A stretch of DNA of 64,000 nt from Octopus vulgaris (GCA_951406725.2 OX597822.1:83700001-83764000); one strand, 5' to 3'. Shown: positions 12,455 to 25,239, counted from the first letter of the stretch. Made by a program: numbers and translations. Notes: generated from the sequence alone by a model not told the origin.

Positions 12455-13399
12455 AAATGTTTTTTTATAAAATTATCTTACCATTTTCTACTTTGACTTT
12501 TTTTCCATATATATCAACAAGTGTATTCCTTTTCAACCTCCTATATATATATATATGCGAAGCTTCGTCAAACACTAAACAAGAAACACACACCAGTCCA
12601 TTCCGCAGTTTAATGTTTAACAGCACACGTACACTTTTCAACCAAAACTGAGAATATCACCTGCAATTCTATAAGCATCGGAACCAGAGTTATGTTATTA
12701 GCCTAAAATCTAACATAATAACTCAACTTACGCAAAGCATAAAGACTGTTTCCTCAGTAACTCCAAATATAGTTTAATTAACCCTTATAAAAGACATTTA
12801 GGTCTTCCTAGCAAGAATATTTATCATCTTTACAATGATAAAAGACATTTCTCTTTTATTATGGAATGCTAGAGTTTCTGTATTACAGTCATTTATCAAC
12901 GTCAACAAAAGGCAGAACAACAAATTTACATAATTTGTTGTAATTGAAATTTATTCGCCGATAACTAAAGCGAAGTCCTTTAATCCTATTCTCCGTTAGT
13001 AATTTCGTCCTAAATAGGGAATCTATTAGCAGGTTTATTATGCACGTAAAGGGAACCTTCTATTCTTTGATTGCTCATTCTAGGTTTAACAGACCACCAA
13101 TGAATCGTTTAGTGACTTCACTTGTTCTGAACTATATGCAATTGTTAAAACTAATTTATGTAGAAATTCCTTGTAACTTCTTCACAAAAGCTTTTGATTT
13201 TGTAAAGCTATACCGATAATGAAATATATTGAATATAGATTTATTTAAAAAATTAGTTGTAAGAATCGTGGTGCTAAAACTCATTTGATGTTAATTTTTA
13301 AGTTAATGGCGGACCTAATGAAAAATTGTCAATACAGGAGCAAGAAATCGTCCTAAAATTGATATTTTTAGAAATCTAGTAACCAATCTTAAGCGTAAA

Positions 13400-13535
13400 G
13401 GTGGCGGAGTGGTTTGACTTCCACATGCTTCCGGGTTCAGTTACACTGCATGAAAGCTTTGGTATCTTTCACTATAGCTTCAAGCCGACCAAATTCTTGT
13501 TTCTGGATAGATGGAAACCGAAAGAAGCCTGTCAT

Positions 13536-13570
<35 letters not shown>

Positions 13571-13690
13571 CATATACATACATACATACATACATACATA
13601 CATACATACATACATACACACACACATACATACATACATACATACATACATACATACATACATACATACATACATACATACATACATACA

Positions 13691-13721
<31 letters not shown>

Positions 13722-13942
13722 GGATTAAAAGAGTTTGGTTCAAATTCGTTAGTACTCTTGAGTTTCAGGCATGATGCTAGCCGTCAGCCATTTTGAATAT
13801 GAATTTGAATTCAATGGCTGACGACTAGCATCACTCTTGAAACTCAAGAGTACTAACGAATTTGAATCAGACTGTTTTGATACATACATGTAATTCCCAA
13901 CAAATCGGTTGAGCGCCTTTCTTTTGTTTGTCCACTCACTCG

Positions 13943-13974
<32 letters not shown>

Positions 13975-13975
13975 A

Positions 13976-14007
<32 letters not shown>

Positions 14008-14099
14008 TTAGATAGATATACATATACATATATATGTACATACATATACATACATATATATACATACATAAATATATATATATATATATATATACATAT

Positions 14100-14180
<81 letters not shown>

Positions 14181-14430
14181 ATCATATATATATGATTATG
14201 TGTGTGTTTGTGTTTGTGGTGAGGTGTCTTTATCTGTATTTGTATCTGTGTTTGTCCCCCACCGCTTGATAGCCATTGCTGGTGTGTTTACGTTCCCGTG
14301 GTGGTTCGGCAAGAAGACGATAAATACCAGGCTTTAATAGAGAATGAAGTCGATTTATTCGACCAAAATAAATGCAGGGCTGTGCCCCAGCACGGTTGCA
14401 CTCCAATGACCAAAACAAGTAAAGATAAAA
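13400..14430 (+). mobile_element. SINE family 2, split: head 13400-13535 and tail 14200-14430, separated by expanded microsatellites and a hairpin
   Basis: Similarity of both parts to 28380-28905. Confidence 0.65.
13719..13886. repeat. Fold-back hairpin with about 74-bp arms and about 20-nt loop
   Basis: 29-bp perfect inverted match 13739-13767 / 13838-13866, extendable with few mismatches. Confidence 0.92.
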
Positions 14431-14601
14431 GGTAACGGTAGTAAGTGAGTGTCTTCGTTGCATTGGAAGGAGATATTATTCATTGTGCTACCTCTCAATG
14501 TCATAATGAAGCGCTACCTGACAGCAGTTTCATCACCATTACCATCATGAACATCAACATCATCATCGTCGTCATCATCATTGTCATTCTTCTCCTCTTC
14601 C

Positions 14602-14633
<32 letters not shown>

Positions 14634-14779
14634 GATATTATCGTCATCGTCATCATCATGACCATCACATCATCATCATTATGATTATCATCATTATGAT
14701 TATCATCATTATGATCATCATCATCATCGTCGTCGTCATCATCAACATCATCATCATCATTATCATTACCTTCAATATC

Positions 14780-15065
14780 GGCGACAACCCGTAGGTGTTA
14801 CTGTCTCAAATCATAGGATTCATAGCGCTGAGTTACCCCAGTGTCCATGGGTACCAAGTGACCGAGATCACACCATGCCTCATAAACGGTATTGCAGTCA
14901 ATCACCAGTTTACCTATTTACAGGTGAGTGTGACTGGAGCAACGCGAAATGAAGTGTTTGTTTTGTTTGTTTTTTTCTCACACACACCACGCACCTCTCC
15001 GTCCAGGAATCGAAGCAACGATCTTACTATCATTATCGCAACACCCTAACCACTAGGTTACGCTA
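14780..15065 (-). mobile_element. Degenerate tRNA-derived SINE (family 4-like)
   Basis: GAGTGTGACTGGAGCAACGCGAAATGAAGTGT core and GGAATCGAA (B-box, reverse). Confidence 0.55.
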
Positions 15066-15447
15066 CTTTACTTACATAAACACACTATCCACGAGATGGA
15101 TTTTGTCTTTAAAAATAACAATAAGTCAAGAAGCATTCTATGGTTTCCGGCTCGCTTTACTGATATGTCCGTTGCTACATCGCTAGAAACATTTTAAATT
15201 TATATATGTCTCTATTCCACCAAATCAGAAACGTTATAAGCTTTTTAATGAAAATGCTGTTTAAACAAGCTATTTTCGTAAAATTTATAAAACTCCATCG
15301 CCAAATTCAGTGGGGAATTATCTTTCTTACATAAATAGCACAATTCAATTGTAAGTACAACATTCCTACGGATTACGGTCTTGATAAGAAATATGTACAA
15401 ATGATTTAGTCTACTTCACTAACTTTTCTCTCTTCAGGTTAACACTG

Positions 15448-15544
<97 letters not shown>

Positions 15545-17634
15545 TCTTTACTAGCCACAGAGGGCCGAACACAGAAGGGACAAAATACAATGTAGAGCTT
15601 TTCTTTTCGACAAAAGAAAAGAGGGAAATAGAAAAAAGGAGCAAAAAATTCCGATCAAAAGGGATCGTGTATCACAGAATAGAGTAAAAATGTAAAAAAC
15701 AGACTAGGTTTATCCGTGGAGAGAAAAACCTGCGAAAAAGAACGCGGTAACCTCAGGTAGGGAGGGAAAAATACATGAAAGTAAAGCGCTCCCTCTCTCT
15801 TTTTTGGCTTTATAGGATCATGCTCAAAGTGCTTTCGTCATTCACGTGTACCATCTTTGCTACATTCGCCCACCTTTCATTGAAGCTTTCATGAGACAAA
15901 ACTTGCCTCTCTATTCTCACCTTCCTTTTCAAGTGGTACTTGAAAAAGTTAATGAGCGATTGGCCAGAGAGGTAAGTGTTTGTCTATAAACCTTTCGCTC
16001 GAGTCCACCACACACATTCTTTCACCATGGCCACTAGTACGATGAAGACTGCCTTGCCTTCCCGGTTGAGGGAAGATGGCGGGGCAATTTTCACGATAGA
16101 CTCAGCCGACAACCGAATTCGTTCCACACATGACAGCAGCCGTTCGGCATAAGCCTACAGGCCCGATATGGTTGGACACTGCACGAGTGCGTGCAGAACG
16201 GTTTCGTCACTCGGACCGCATCGTGGGCAAATCGGTCCGGTGTGTCTCAAACCGTTCCTGTAACGCTTATATCGAACAGGCAATGCTTCCCAATAGCACT
16301 GCCAGGCCAAGGATCTCTGGTGATTGTCCATAGGTCCCGGCCCGAAAGTTGTCCTGAACAGGCAGGACAGGTATTCCTTGTCGACGCCCAGATTCTGCCC
16401 GAGAACGTCGTCGCACCTCCCATCCACTAATCCTCTATAGAACGCCTTCGTGGAATTGAAGTCGAACAAGTTTGGTCCCGGACGGCAGAGTTGCTTGAAA
16501 GCAAGGCAGCACTCGCGGTGCCATTCGCCTAGCCTCGGTCTCTGTTTGATCCACGACTGCAGTTCTGCCAAAGGGACGAGCTGCGGGAAAGCGCGCCGCA
16601 CAAACGGCTACCACACCTGTTCACATTCGTCTATGAGGCGCTGCATATGTCGCACTCTCAGCGCATATCTGTGCATCATTAACCACGGCATGACTAACCC
16701 TCCATTTAGCGGGTTTTGACATCAAATGGATCGCCTAACAATCCGAACATTTTCCTTCCACAAAAATCGGAAGAGTATGCGTTCCAGTTTGGTGATGGTA
16801 GGGTCGGGACAAGGCACGACGGTCAGACGGTACTCGATGGCGGATGCGATGCACGCGTTCGCCACCTCCGCCCGACCTTTTAGGGATAGCTTCCTCTTGG
16901 CCCATTGCTGGGTGAGAGTGGCCACCCTACCCCTTAATCTCGTCCCAGTTCTTATCCATTTGTAGGTCTGGACCAAACCAGGCCCCGAGCAATTTAACCG
17001 GTCCGTCGGTCCAGCGTCCCATGATGGAGACGCTGTTGGACGGCATGGTCTTGCTTCTCCAGGTGCCGAGATGCAAGCCCACCGACTTTTTCCGGTTAAT
17101 TATCGCTCCCGTTACAGCTTCGTATTCTTTTAGTCTCTCGCCGACCAGGTCGATATGCCTGTGGCTCGACGCTATCACGATGACGTCGTCCGCGTATGCA
17201 GACACGCTCCTACCAAATCCCAGTTCTCGTGGGATGCCCCTCAGCGTCGCCAGCTTCCGCAGTAGTGGCTCTAGAGTCAATACATACAGAAGCGACGCGA
17301 GGAGACATACTTGACGGACCAAAAGCGTGACGCTAAATGGTCCGGACAGATGACCATTTACGCTAACTACCGAGCGGATGCCGCTGTATAAGGCAGCAAT
17401 CCAACTGCGGAAGACGGGACTGAAACCAGCCGCTCTAAGGACAGCCTCCACGCAGCTTTCGATTGATCCAAATTGATCAGCGTTCTACCTATGCTAGTTT
17501 ACTTAACGACTCTGTTTATGATGTAACGAATCAGATGGAGGTTGTCATGGGTATTCCTGCCCGGCACGGCGCATGTTTGCGCCTTGACGAACCAGTTTCT
17601 CGATGACAATCGCCAAACCTCTCGGTTAGCACTG
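15545..17634 (-). mobile_element. Tx1/L1-clade non-LTR retrotransposon, 5'-truncated ORF2 (RT and C-terminal zinc finger) plus 3' UTR, embedded in (GATA)n
   Basis: QTCAVPGRNTHDNLHLIR, LDQSKA, VRQVCLLASLLYVLTLEPLL, AYADD, WAKRKLSLKGRAEV, CPRCGPSDETVLHALVQC; stop at 15810-15812; frameshifted; (GATA)n at 15449-15544 and 17635-17710. Confidence 0.93.
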
Positions 17635-17711
<77 letters not shown>

Positions 17712-18194
17712 CCAAGCGGTCCATATGACATCAGGACAGTATTCAAGAGCAATACAACACTTCACAAATATCTACTTTGAGTAAAACCACCAATAGAAGA
17801 GAATATAACCAAAGACTGCGTGTACGCTATCCCATGCAACAGTGGTAGGTTATAGAAAAGCGAAGCATGTCGCCCCCACACAAAAAAAAAATAATAATAA
17901 TAAGGGTAGACGAAAATCGCAAAGCTGTGACACTAGGAGATATTGATAAAATGGGTATAGCTGGTCATGTATGGAAAAATTGAGACCATCTCCCCCTGTG
18001 GGATGAAGTTAAAATAATAGACAGAGAACACCACTGGAAAATATGAAAACTAAAAGAAGCAGCACATAAGATATGACACAAGAATCTCCTAAGCAGACCG
18101 AGTGCAGACATGAGCAGCATATGGGAACCGGTATTAAGGAAGGATAGGAAAATATTAGATTTATAAGCCCTAAAATTCACTCTATAATTGCCCA

Positions 18195-18265
18195 CGGTCA
18201 TATGGCATAGTGGTTAAGAGCGCGGGCTACTTAAATCAAGTATTCTGAGTTCGATTCCAGGCAAT
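18195..18265 (+). promoter_or_regulatory. tRNA-like type-2 Pol III promoter directly downstream of the Penelope ORF
   Basis: A-box TGGCATAGTGG (18203-18213) and B-box GAGTTCGATTCC (18247-18258). Confidence 0.65.
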
Positions 18266-18337
18266 GACCTGAATAATAATAATAATAACATTGAAATATA
18301 CCTTAGGAATGAGAATCCAGGTTCGAAATTTCCACAA

Positions 18338-18383
18338 GACACCTGATGAAGGCTGGAGGGTATTTCAGCCTACACGTTCTGTT
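18338..18383 (+). ncRNA. Decayed minimal hammerhead ribozyme
   Basis: GACAC-CTGATGA-A-GGCTG(GAGGGTATTT)CAGCC-TACA-CGTT-CTGTT; canonical CUGAUGA and 5-bp stem II, but GAAA reads TACA. Confidence 0.5.
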
Positions 18384-18553
18384 GACAGCAAACAAGATCT
18401 TTGACTATCCGTCAAATGTAAATAATGTACATAATTCCTCATCTCTTAAATATAGAACTGCATTTCAAAGGAATATGTTTACATTTTTATTTTTTCGCAG
18501 CTAGGCGCTCTGGTGAAACGTATTTCAGTCGCTTTAAATGATGCTTTGGAACA

Positions 18554-18757
18554 CAGTGAACCCTCGACTCTCGCGGGTGTTACGTTCCAAAACTTCCCAC
18601 AGAAATAATCATTATGTAATAAATATAAATACCTATCGGCCGCAGAAACCCGGATATACTGAGGAGACTGCGATATAAATTTACATAAATTAGCACCAAA
18701 AATCCGCGATGTACTGAGTGCGCGATAGGTGAACAGCAGTATGACGAGGAATTACTG
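18554..18757. mobile_element. pogo/Tigger-like (Tc1/mariner superfamily) MITE
   Basis: Imperfect TIRs CAGTGAACCCTCG... / ...CGAGGAATTACTG followed by TA. Confidence 0.65.
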
Positions 18758-19672
18758 TAATCAAATTTACTGATATAAGCATTTGATCTTCGAGGGAAGA
18801 ACATGAGTCTCTTCACTTTCTGCAACAGCACATCATAGACTGAATGCTGAATGCTGAATGCTGATTATCTTAATATGATACAGCAAAAAGAAAAATAATA
18901 TTTAAGATGTCATATACTTATTTTCTTTAAATTGATTCTGTTTCTGGAAAAAAAAACTATCAAAAAAAACATTTGTAATCGTTAAGATGATGTCCAAGGT
19001 TGAGCAGATGCTTGTCTCTGTGTGTGTATATATATATTTGTGTGTGTGTGTGTGTGTGTGCGTGTGCGCGTGTGTGTGTGTGTGCGAGCGTTTTGCCTAG
19101 ATCGTTCTCATTAAGTAATGCGTTTTGTTATACCATCTGCAGGAACCTATTTATATTGAACTTACCACGATAAAAAACAGGGCTGCGGAAGGAAATGAAA
19201 CGAACGAAGTTGATGATGATGATGATGATGATGATGACGACGTCGACGACGACGAAGATGATGGTGATGGCAACGATGACAACAACGACGATGACAATGA
19301 CGGCTGTGGTGGTGGTGGCGGCGGCGGCAAAGACGACCATGATTCGGTGGTGGTGATGGTAATGATAATCATAATGGGATTGGGAATGATAATACCGAAA
19401 TGGAAAGGAAATGAGAGGCGGAGGTGGTGAAGGAGAAATGGGAGAATACACTGACAATGTTAATTGCTTGTACAATCATTATCCCCTATTCACGACTTGT
19501 TAATTTCCATTCTAAACATTTTTGTTCACTTTTATTCTGTTATCACAACCTTTTAGGAAAAGGCTGTTTGTTTGCTGTTTCGGAACTTTGACTTCTTCTG
19601 ACTGCAGAATAACAGAGGAAGTGTACTTTGCGGTGGTACATGAAACACAAAAAAACACACATATGTGTGTTG

Positions 19673-19723
<51 letters not shown>

Positions 19724-19728
<5 letters not shown>

Positions 19729-19942
19729 TAATCCAAACAAGAAAGCACAAAAAAAAACACAACAACGCGAGGACGTGGAACAAATATAGTATTATTGGAC
19801 GCTCAGGAAAGAAGGAAAGAAGGAGGGTTTAACGTTTCGAGCGGAGCTCTTCGTCGGAAACATAGGAGAAGGAAAGATCCAGAGAAGGGAAGACAGAGGA
19901 AAAAAAATCGCCAACGGTACACACGAGGTCACATTTTGAAAG

Positions 19943-19947
<5 letters not shown>
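19724..19947 (-). mobile_element. Short Penelope pseudo-LTR/retrozyme-like element inserted in (TA)n
   Basis: About 220 bp of non-repeat sequence with (TA)n on both sides and a hammerhead motif inside. Confidence 0.7.
19827..19861 (-). ncRNA. Putative minimal hammerhead ribozyme (U4C core variant)
   Basis: GTTT-CCGACGA-A-GAGC(TCC)GCTC-GAAAC-GTT-AAAC; 4-bp stems I and II, loopless palindromic stem III ACGT. Confidence 0.6.
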
Positions 19948-19987
<40 letters not shown>

Positions 19988-20015
19988 ATGCATGCATATA
20001 TGTATATGTATGTAT

Positions 20016-20055
<40 letters not shown>

Positions 20056-21283
20056 GTATGTATGTATGTATATACATATTCATAACTGTATGCCTATATT
20101 ATGTGTGTGTTTCTGCATGTTTCCGTGTCTGATTGTTTCGTTGGCACCACTTACAGAAATGGTACTGTTTGTTTATGACCGCCAAGGTATTAGTCTGTTG
20201 AAAAGAAATCGATAAAATGAGATGCAAGACGTCAAAAGAGCAGCAAGAAGGATACGATCGACTAAGCTTCTCAACGCGGTTCTTGACGACGACCGCATTC
20301 TTATGAATGAAACCAGCTATAAGAATATTGAGCCAAAGCATACATCGTACTTGCCATGCAGATTCATCTGAAATGTGTACATGCTTGTAATGCATGTGAA
20401 CCCCACTTGAATTTCGAGTATGTAACGCGCAGATTCAATTGCATTTTCTTATACGCAACACACAAACTCACTCATACTCTATCTATCACATAATGCAGTG
20501 TCATCGCTTGCATTTTGTGCATCGCTAAATGATATATGTTCTGTTTGTCTGCAAGTCGATTTAGCATTTGCGCTATCCAAGTCTCTTTGTATATGACAAT
20601 TATCATTGAATTTCGTTCAGGCTTTCATGCAGCAAATATACGTTTTGTGGTTCGTTTTCTTTTTCTTTTAGGTTTTATTTGCAAACATAAGAAAACATTT
20701 GTCCACCAAGTCAAATCCAAGGAAATTCTCACGCTTTGCATTTTAAACTTTTTGATAGCCAACTCGATAAAATGTCGCAATCTCCCGCTACAATTTCCTA
20801 CAATTAACATAGTCAACTAACAAAATTGAAGCAGCCGTTGTTCACACACATTTTCAAGTGTCTTTAACAAACGTCTTCAACAAGCGATCTGTTTAAACTG
20901 AACGAGAAACCATCTATTTTTCCATCAGAATAAATACCTATATGTTACCTTTTATTTTCTCTCCCCGTTTTAGCTTCCATGCAATAATCTATTTGCGAGA
21001 ATAAATGGCACACAAATGAAACATCTATGCAGAAGTTATTTCCTGTTTTATTCTTCAAGATTTGACTCCAGACAGCAGAAAATTATTTTCCACAGTACTT
21101 TATATTCGTCCAACTCATTTAATCAATGTTCGAAAATTCAGATTGTTAAAGAACAAAATTCAAGATGTAGAAGGAATTGTAACATGGATTACTGCCATGG
21201 TGAGCTATTTCTGTTGAATTTAACAAGAGAGCACTAGGACAGAGGGAGAGAAATCAATGACGGTGGTGGTAGTGGTGAGGAGC

Positions 21284-21711
<428 letters not shown>

Positions 21712-23239
21712 TCTGCTACTACTATTACTCTACACTGAAGTTAAGAATAGCAACGATGTCGATGGTGTTGCAACTGATATTTATGAAGATAGTATCAATT
21801 GCCTCCGCAGACATTTCTTTACAAACATGGCTCGTTAATTTTCATGTTTACATTTCTGTCTACTGTTAGCCTTCACAACATTGAGAAAAATATTTTCTGT
21901 TAAAAAAACATTAACTCATTGACTCACCATAGGATGACTCGAGTTTACTTTGAGAGGCACCGAGAAAAATGTAGCCCTTAAAATGGCTTTCTGGACCTTA
22001 TTTATCTTTGCAAAGGATTAATCTTTTACATTCGGGACTTCCAACTTGCAGACAATCATAAGAAAAAGAGATTTTATTTTTGTTTTTTGCCCAATTGGCA
22101 CACACATTCACGCAACTCTTTCCGGACGTTTAAGGGTTAAAACCTATTCTACAATATTGATATGAAAGAGAAGCAGTTACATAAGGCACTTCGATACGCT
22201 CAGTGCCCCCTCCCTCACTTGTCCTCTTGCACATACATAGTCCCACATTCTTCTACATACACCATGCCGATCCACTCAGCTTACGCATAGCACTTGCATA
22301 TTTAATATTTTTCCTGTCGGTCTGTTGGCCGATTCGCCATTTCTGTTATTGAAGCCTGTCAGTAAGTCATTCGCTTTTCGATCTTATCTCTTTGGAATTA
22401 ATGTTTATCGATTGCAGTTTCCCAGCAGTCTAAAGGAAACAACCTCTTTCAGGTATTCATAGACTTGGGGGTATTTTTAATGGTCCGTTATTTCCCTGCG
22501 GTTATATTTGGCTAAATATGAAACCAATAGTGATTGCTGTTTATACAATATAAACCCTAACCTAACAAACCCCCTCCCTTGTCATTTTAGCACCTTTGAG
22601 CTCCGTTCCGACAGAACCTGGGGGCAGTCATTACGATTTGTTATCTTTCATTATCAAAGGCAGCAGAATGCATTCGACTGTTATCCATTTATATTTCCTG
22701 GTGCTTTCATCAAGTAAATATGTTAAGCTAAATGAGAAAACATTCGCGAACTTATATAAGCTCCAGGCGAACCATCTCTGCTTCATGTTTGCTTTTCTTT
22801 TATTCTTTTACTTGTTTCAGTCATTTGACTGCTGCCATGCTGGAATAACAAATGAATAACCAATGTGACATTGCGAAAATGAACGTATGTATCACTGTTT
22901 TCCACTCTTAACTTTATTTATTCATGTTGTACATCGCAACTTGTTAATAAATATATATTTAACATGTCATGGAATTTACTTTATTTCATTTTGTGACTAA
23001 ACTACGAAGGGAGACTTTTATAAGAATTATCATAAATAATGTCTTTGACTTTGTATATAGGTCTTTGTGTGGTTTTCTTTGATTCTTTCTCAGGTAACAG
23101 TTTATTGCGAGGGTAATCAGGTAACATCAACTGCTTCAAGGGAATTGCGGAATGCATAGTTGCCATAGTAAGTTCTTTTTGCGGAATTTAAAGACAGATT
23201 GTCTAAAACAGAGAGGGAGGGAGAAATAAATCGATCAAA

Positions 23240-23365
23240 GTGATGATGATGATGAGGAGGAGGAGGAGGGCGATGATGACGATGACGATGATGATGATGA
23301 CGATGATGACGACGATGATGACGACGATGATGATGATGGCGATGATGATGATGAAGATGATAATA

Positions 23366-23402
<37 letters not shown>

Positions 23403-23475
23403 CGACAACGATGACGGTGGTAATGATGATGAATAGGCGGATGGCGACGGAAATGGTGGTGTCAATGATGACAAC
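23240..23475. repeat. (GAT/GAC)n tract
   Basis: Direct. Confidence 0.9.
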
Positions 23476-25239
23476 GATTAGGAAATGTATTGACGGTGAC
23501 GGAGAGAACGTTGTTTACTCAGATATTAATCTTTTAAAGATGAGTGGCCTATTTCCACTCTACATTTCTGTCCAGTTTTGACCTGCTTTTACATTTAGAA
23601 ATAAATCCGCTGTTGGAATGCGTTTAATTATTGTGATCCTGGATTGATTGATGTCTAGTTCTTTGTGGCACCTGGAAAAGCTCATTAGTAACTCAATTAT
23701 GTTATCATTGCGAGTTCGATATTTTGTAGATTTGGCGTTCCACGACTATAGAGCAGGTATGTTTTCGACTGAATAGCACAGGATACGCTAAGTAGTTTGG
23801 TAAAATATTATACATTGCTCTATGCTGGTTACCCATACTATCGTTCAAACTGTTTTGTTTTTTAATTGCTTCTACTACCAACAAAATATTCCCGCTTTGG
23901 TCTGACGTTCTGCTGTGACCATGACGATATCAATTATATCGGCTTTTCAGGCAGCCATGCGCTTGTAACGGGACCCTTTATTCCTCCGCAATCTGAATCA
24001 TAGTTTTAAAAACTCGAAACATAACACCAGCGACTCCAACAGAGAGAAATACGCTGGGTTAGTTACGAATTATGAATTATCTCTCTCAAACCAACAAAAT
24101 CATCATTTCGAAGAGGTGATGTAACTGAACAATGAAACATGAAAATCCAGCATTCCCCCCACCGCACTCTTTCAGCGTCGCACAATTCAGCAGTGACTGA
24201 GAAATTACACAATTATTCTGCTGGGTGACGAAAACTTTTGTAGCTACCAGTTTATACAATATACCACGAATACTTTTTAGCTTGACCCACAAATTAGTAT
24301 ACAAGTAGAACACACAATGGCATCATCGGAAGCTATTTACTTATGTTTGTGAAATTACCAATATCGTTGATCCTTCACTCTCTGCAGAAGAACTGTTTTG
24401 AAATATTTTGTTAAAACTGCTCGCATACCATATTTTTGTTGTACAGATGCATTTGCGTTTTTTAAACACAACTGCACAGTTACAAACCACACTTCACCTT
24501 GCGCATGCATTATAGAAACTTACTGACACTCTTGCACACACACACGCGCGCGCGTCATATAGACTCAGACACGCTTGCACGCTTGACCACATACACAAAT
24601 ACTCACATTGTTTTTACACATCACATATAAATATTGGACACTTTTGGCGTAATCAGCCGTTAGACATTTCTACATTTACTCTGCTCAGGCATTCATGATA
24701 TCTATTCAGTTGACTACTTTACCCACTCACGATTTGTATTCCCATGTAGCTTGTACATTTCCTTTTTGTTTCATTCTGTTTTATGTAGCTGTTAATCATT
24801 TTCATTAGACATCTAGAATGTGAACGTTGTAACCCCATTGGGATCCTCATGCAAGAAGTGCTTAATTAGAATTTACCCTATTATTATAAGTTTCAATGAG
24901 GCCAATGAGAGACCAATAATCCTTCAGCTATTTTGGCTATATTAAACCAAACACTGAAACCCTTTCTTTTTTGAAAACATCATTCTTTTCAGATCAAAGT
25001 CAGCAGTATTTAGCATATCGTCCCTATAGATTCCTTCCCATCAATAGAATAGAACTCTGTGTTTCAGTTAAATTTCTAACGTACTTCAAATGAGAGGATA
25101 TATTCTGAAGGAGAAAGCCCTCTTACAGTTTATATTTCCAGCAGATTAAATGCACATTTGTTAGCTATTTTCATCTTTTATTTAATGGTATGGAATAATT
25201 CTTTGTGGGGGTCGCCAAAGTCTGCGAGGAAGCTAATGA

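Larger units (their letters stand above)
11801..12537. mobile_element. Palindromic element: two head-to-head Penelope pseudo-LTR-like arms around a zero-loop palindrome
   Basis: Arms 11858-12100 and 12250-12491 are reverse complements; termini GTTGAAAAGG...CCTTTTCAAC; centre GAGTGCCGTGATAGT|ACTATCATGGCACTC at 12180-12209. Confidence 0.85.
17711..18460 (+). mobile_element. Penelope-like element 3' part: GIY-YIG endonuclease relic (to 18166) plus pseudo-LTR-like region
   Basis: DIRTVFKSNTTL...DCVYAIPC...IRVDENRKAV...GIAGHVWK...LWDEVKIIDREHHWKI*KLKEAAH...IWEPVL; several stops. Confidence 0.85.

Noticed and set aside
18195-18265. Functional tRNA genes here, at 26547-26620 and in SINE heads
   Set aside because: A/B boxes are present but no complete cloverleaf; these are tRNA-derived element heads.
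22121-22140. piggyBac-like end ...AAGGG|TTAA
   Set aside because: No matching left TIR or recognisable transposase seen.
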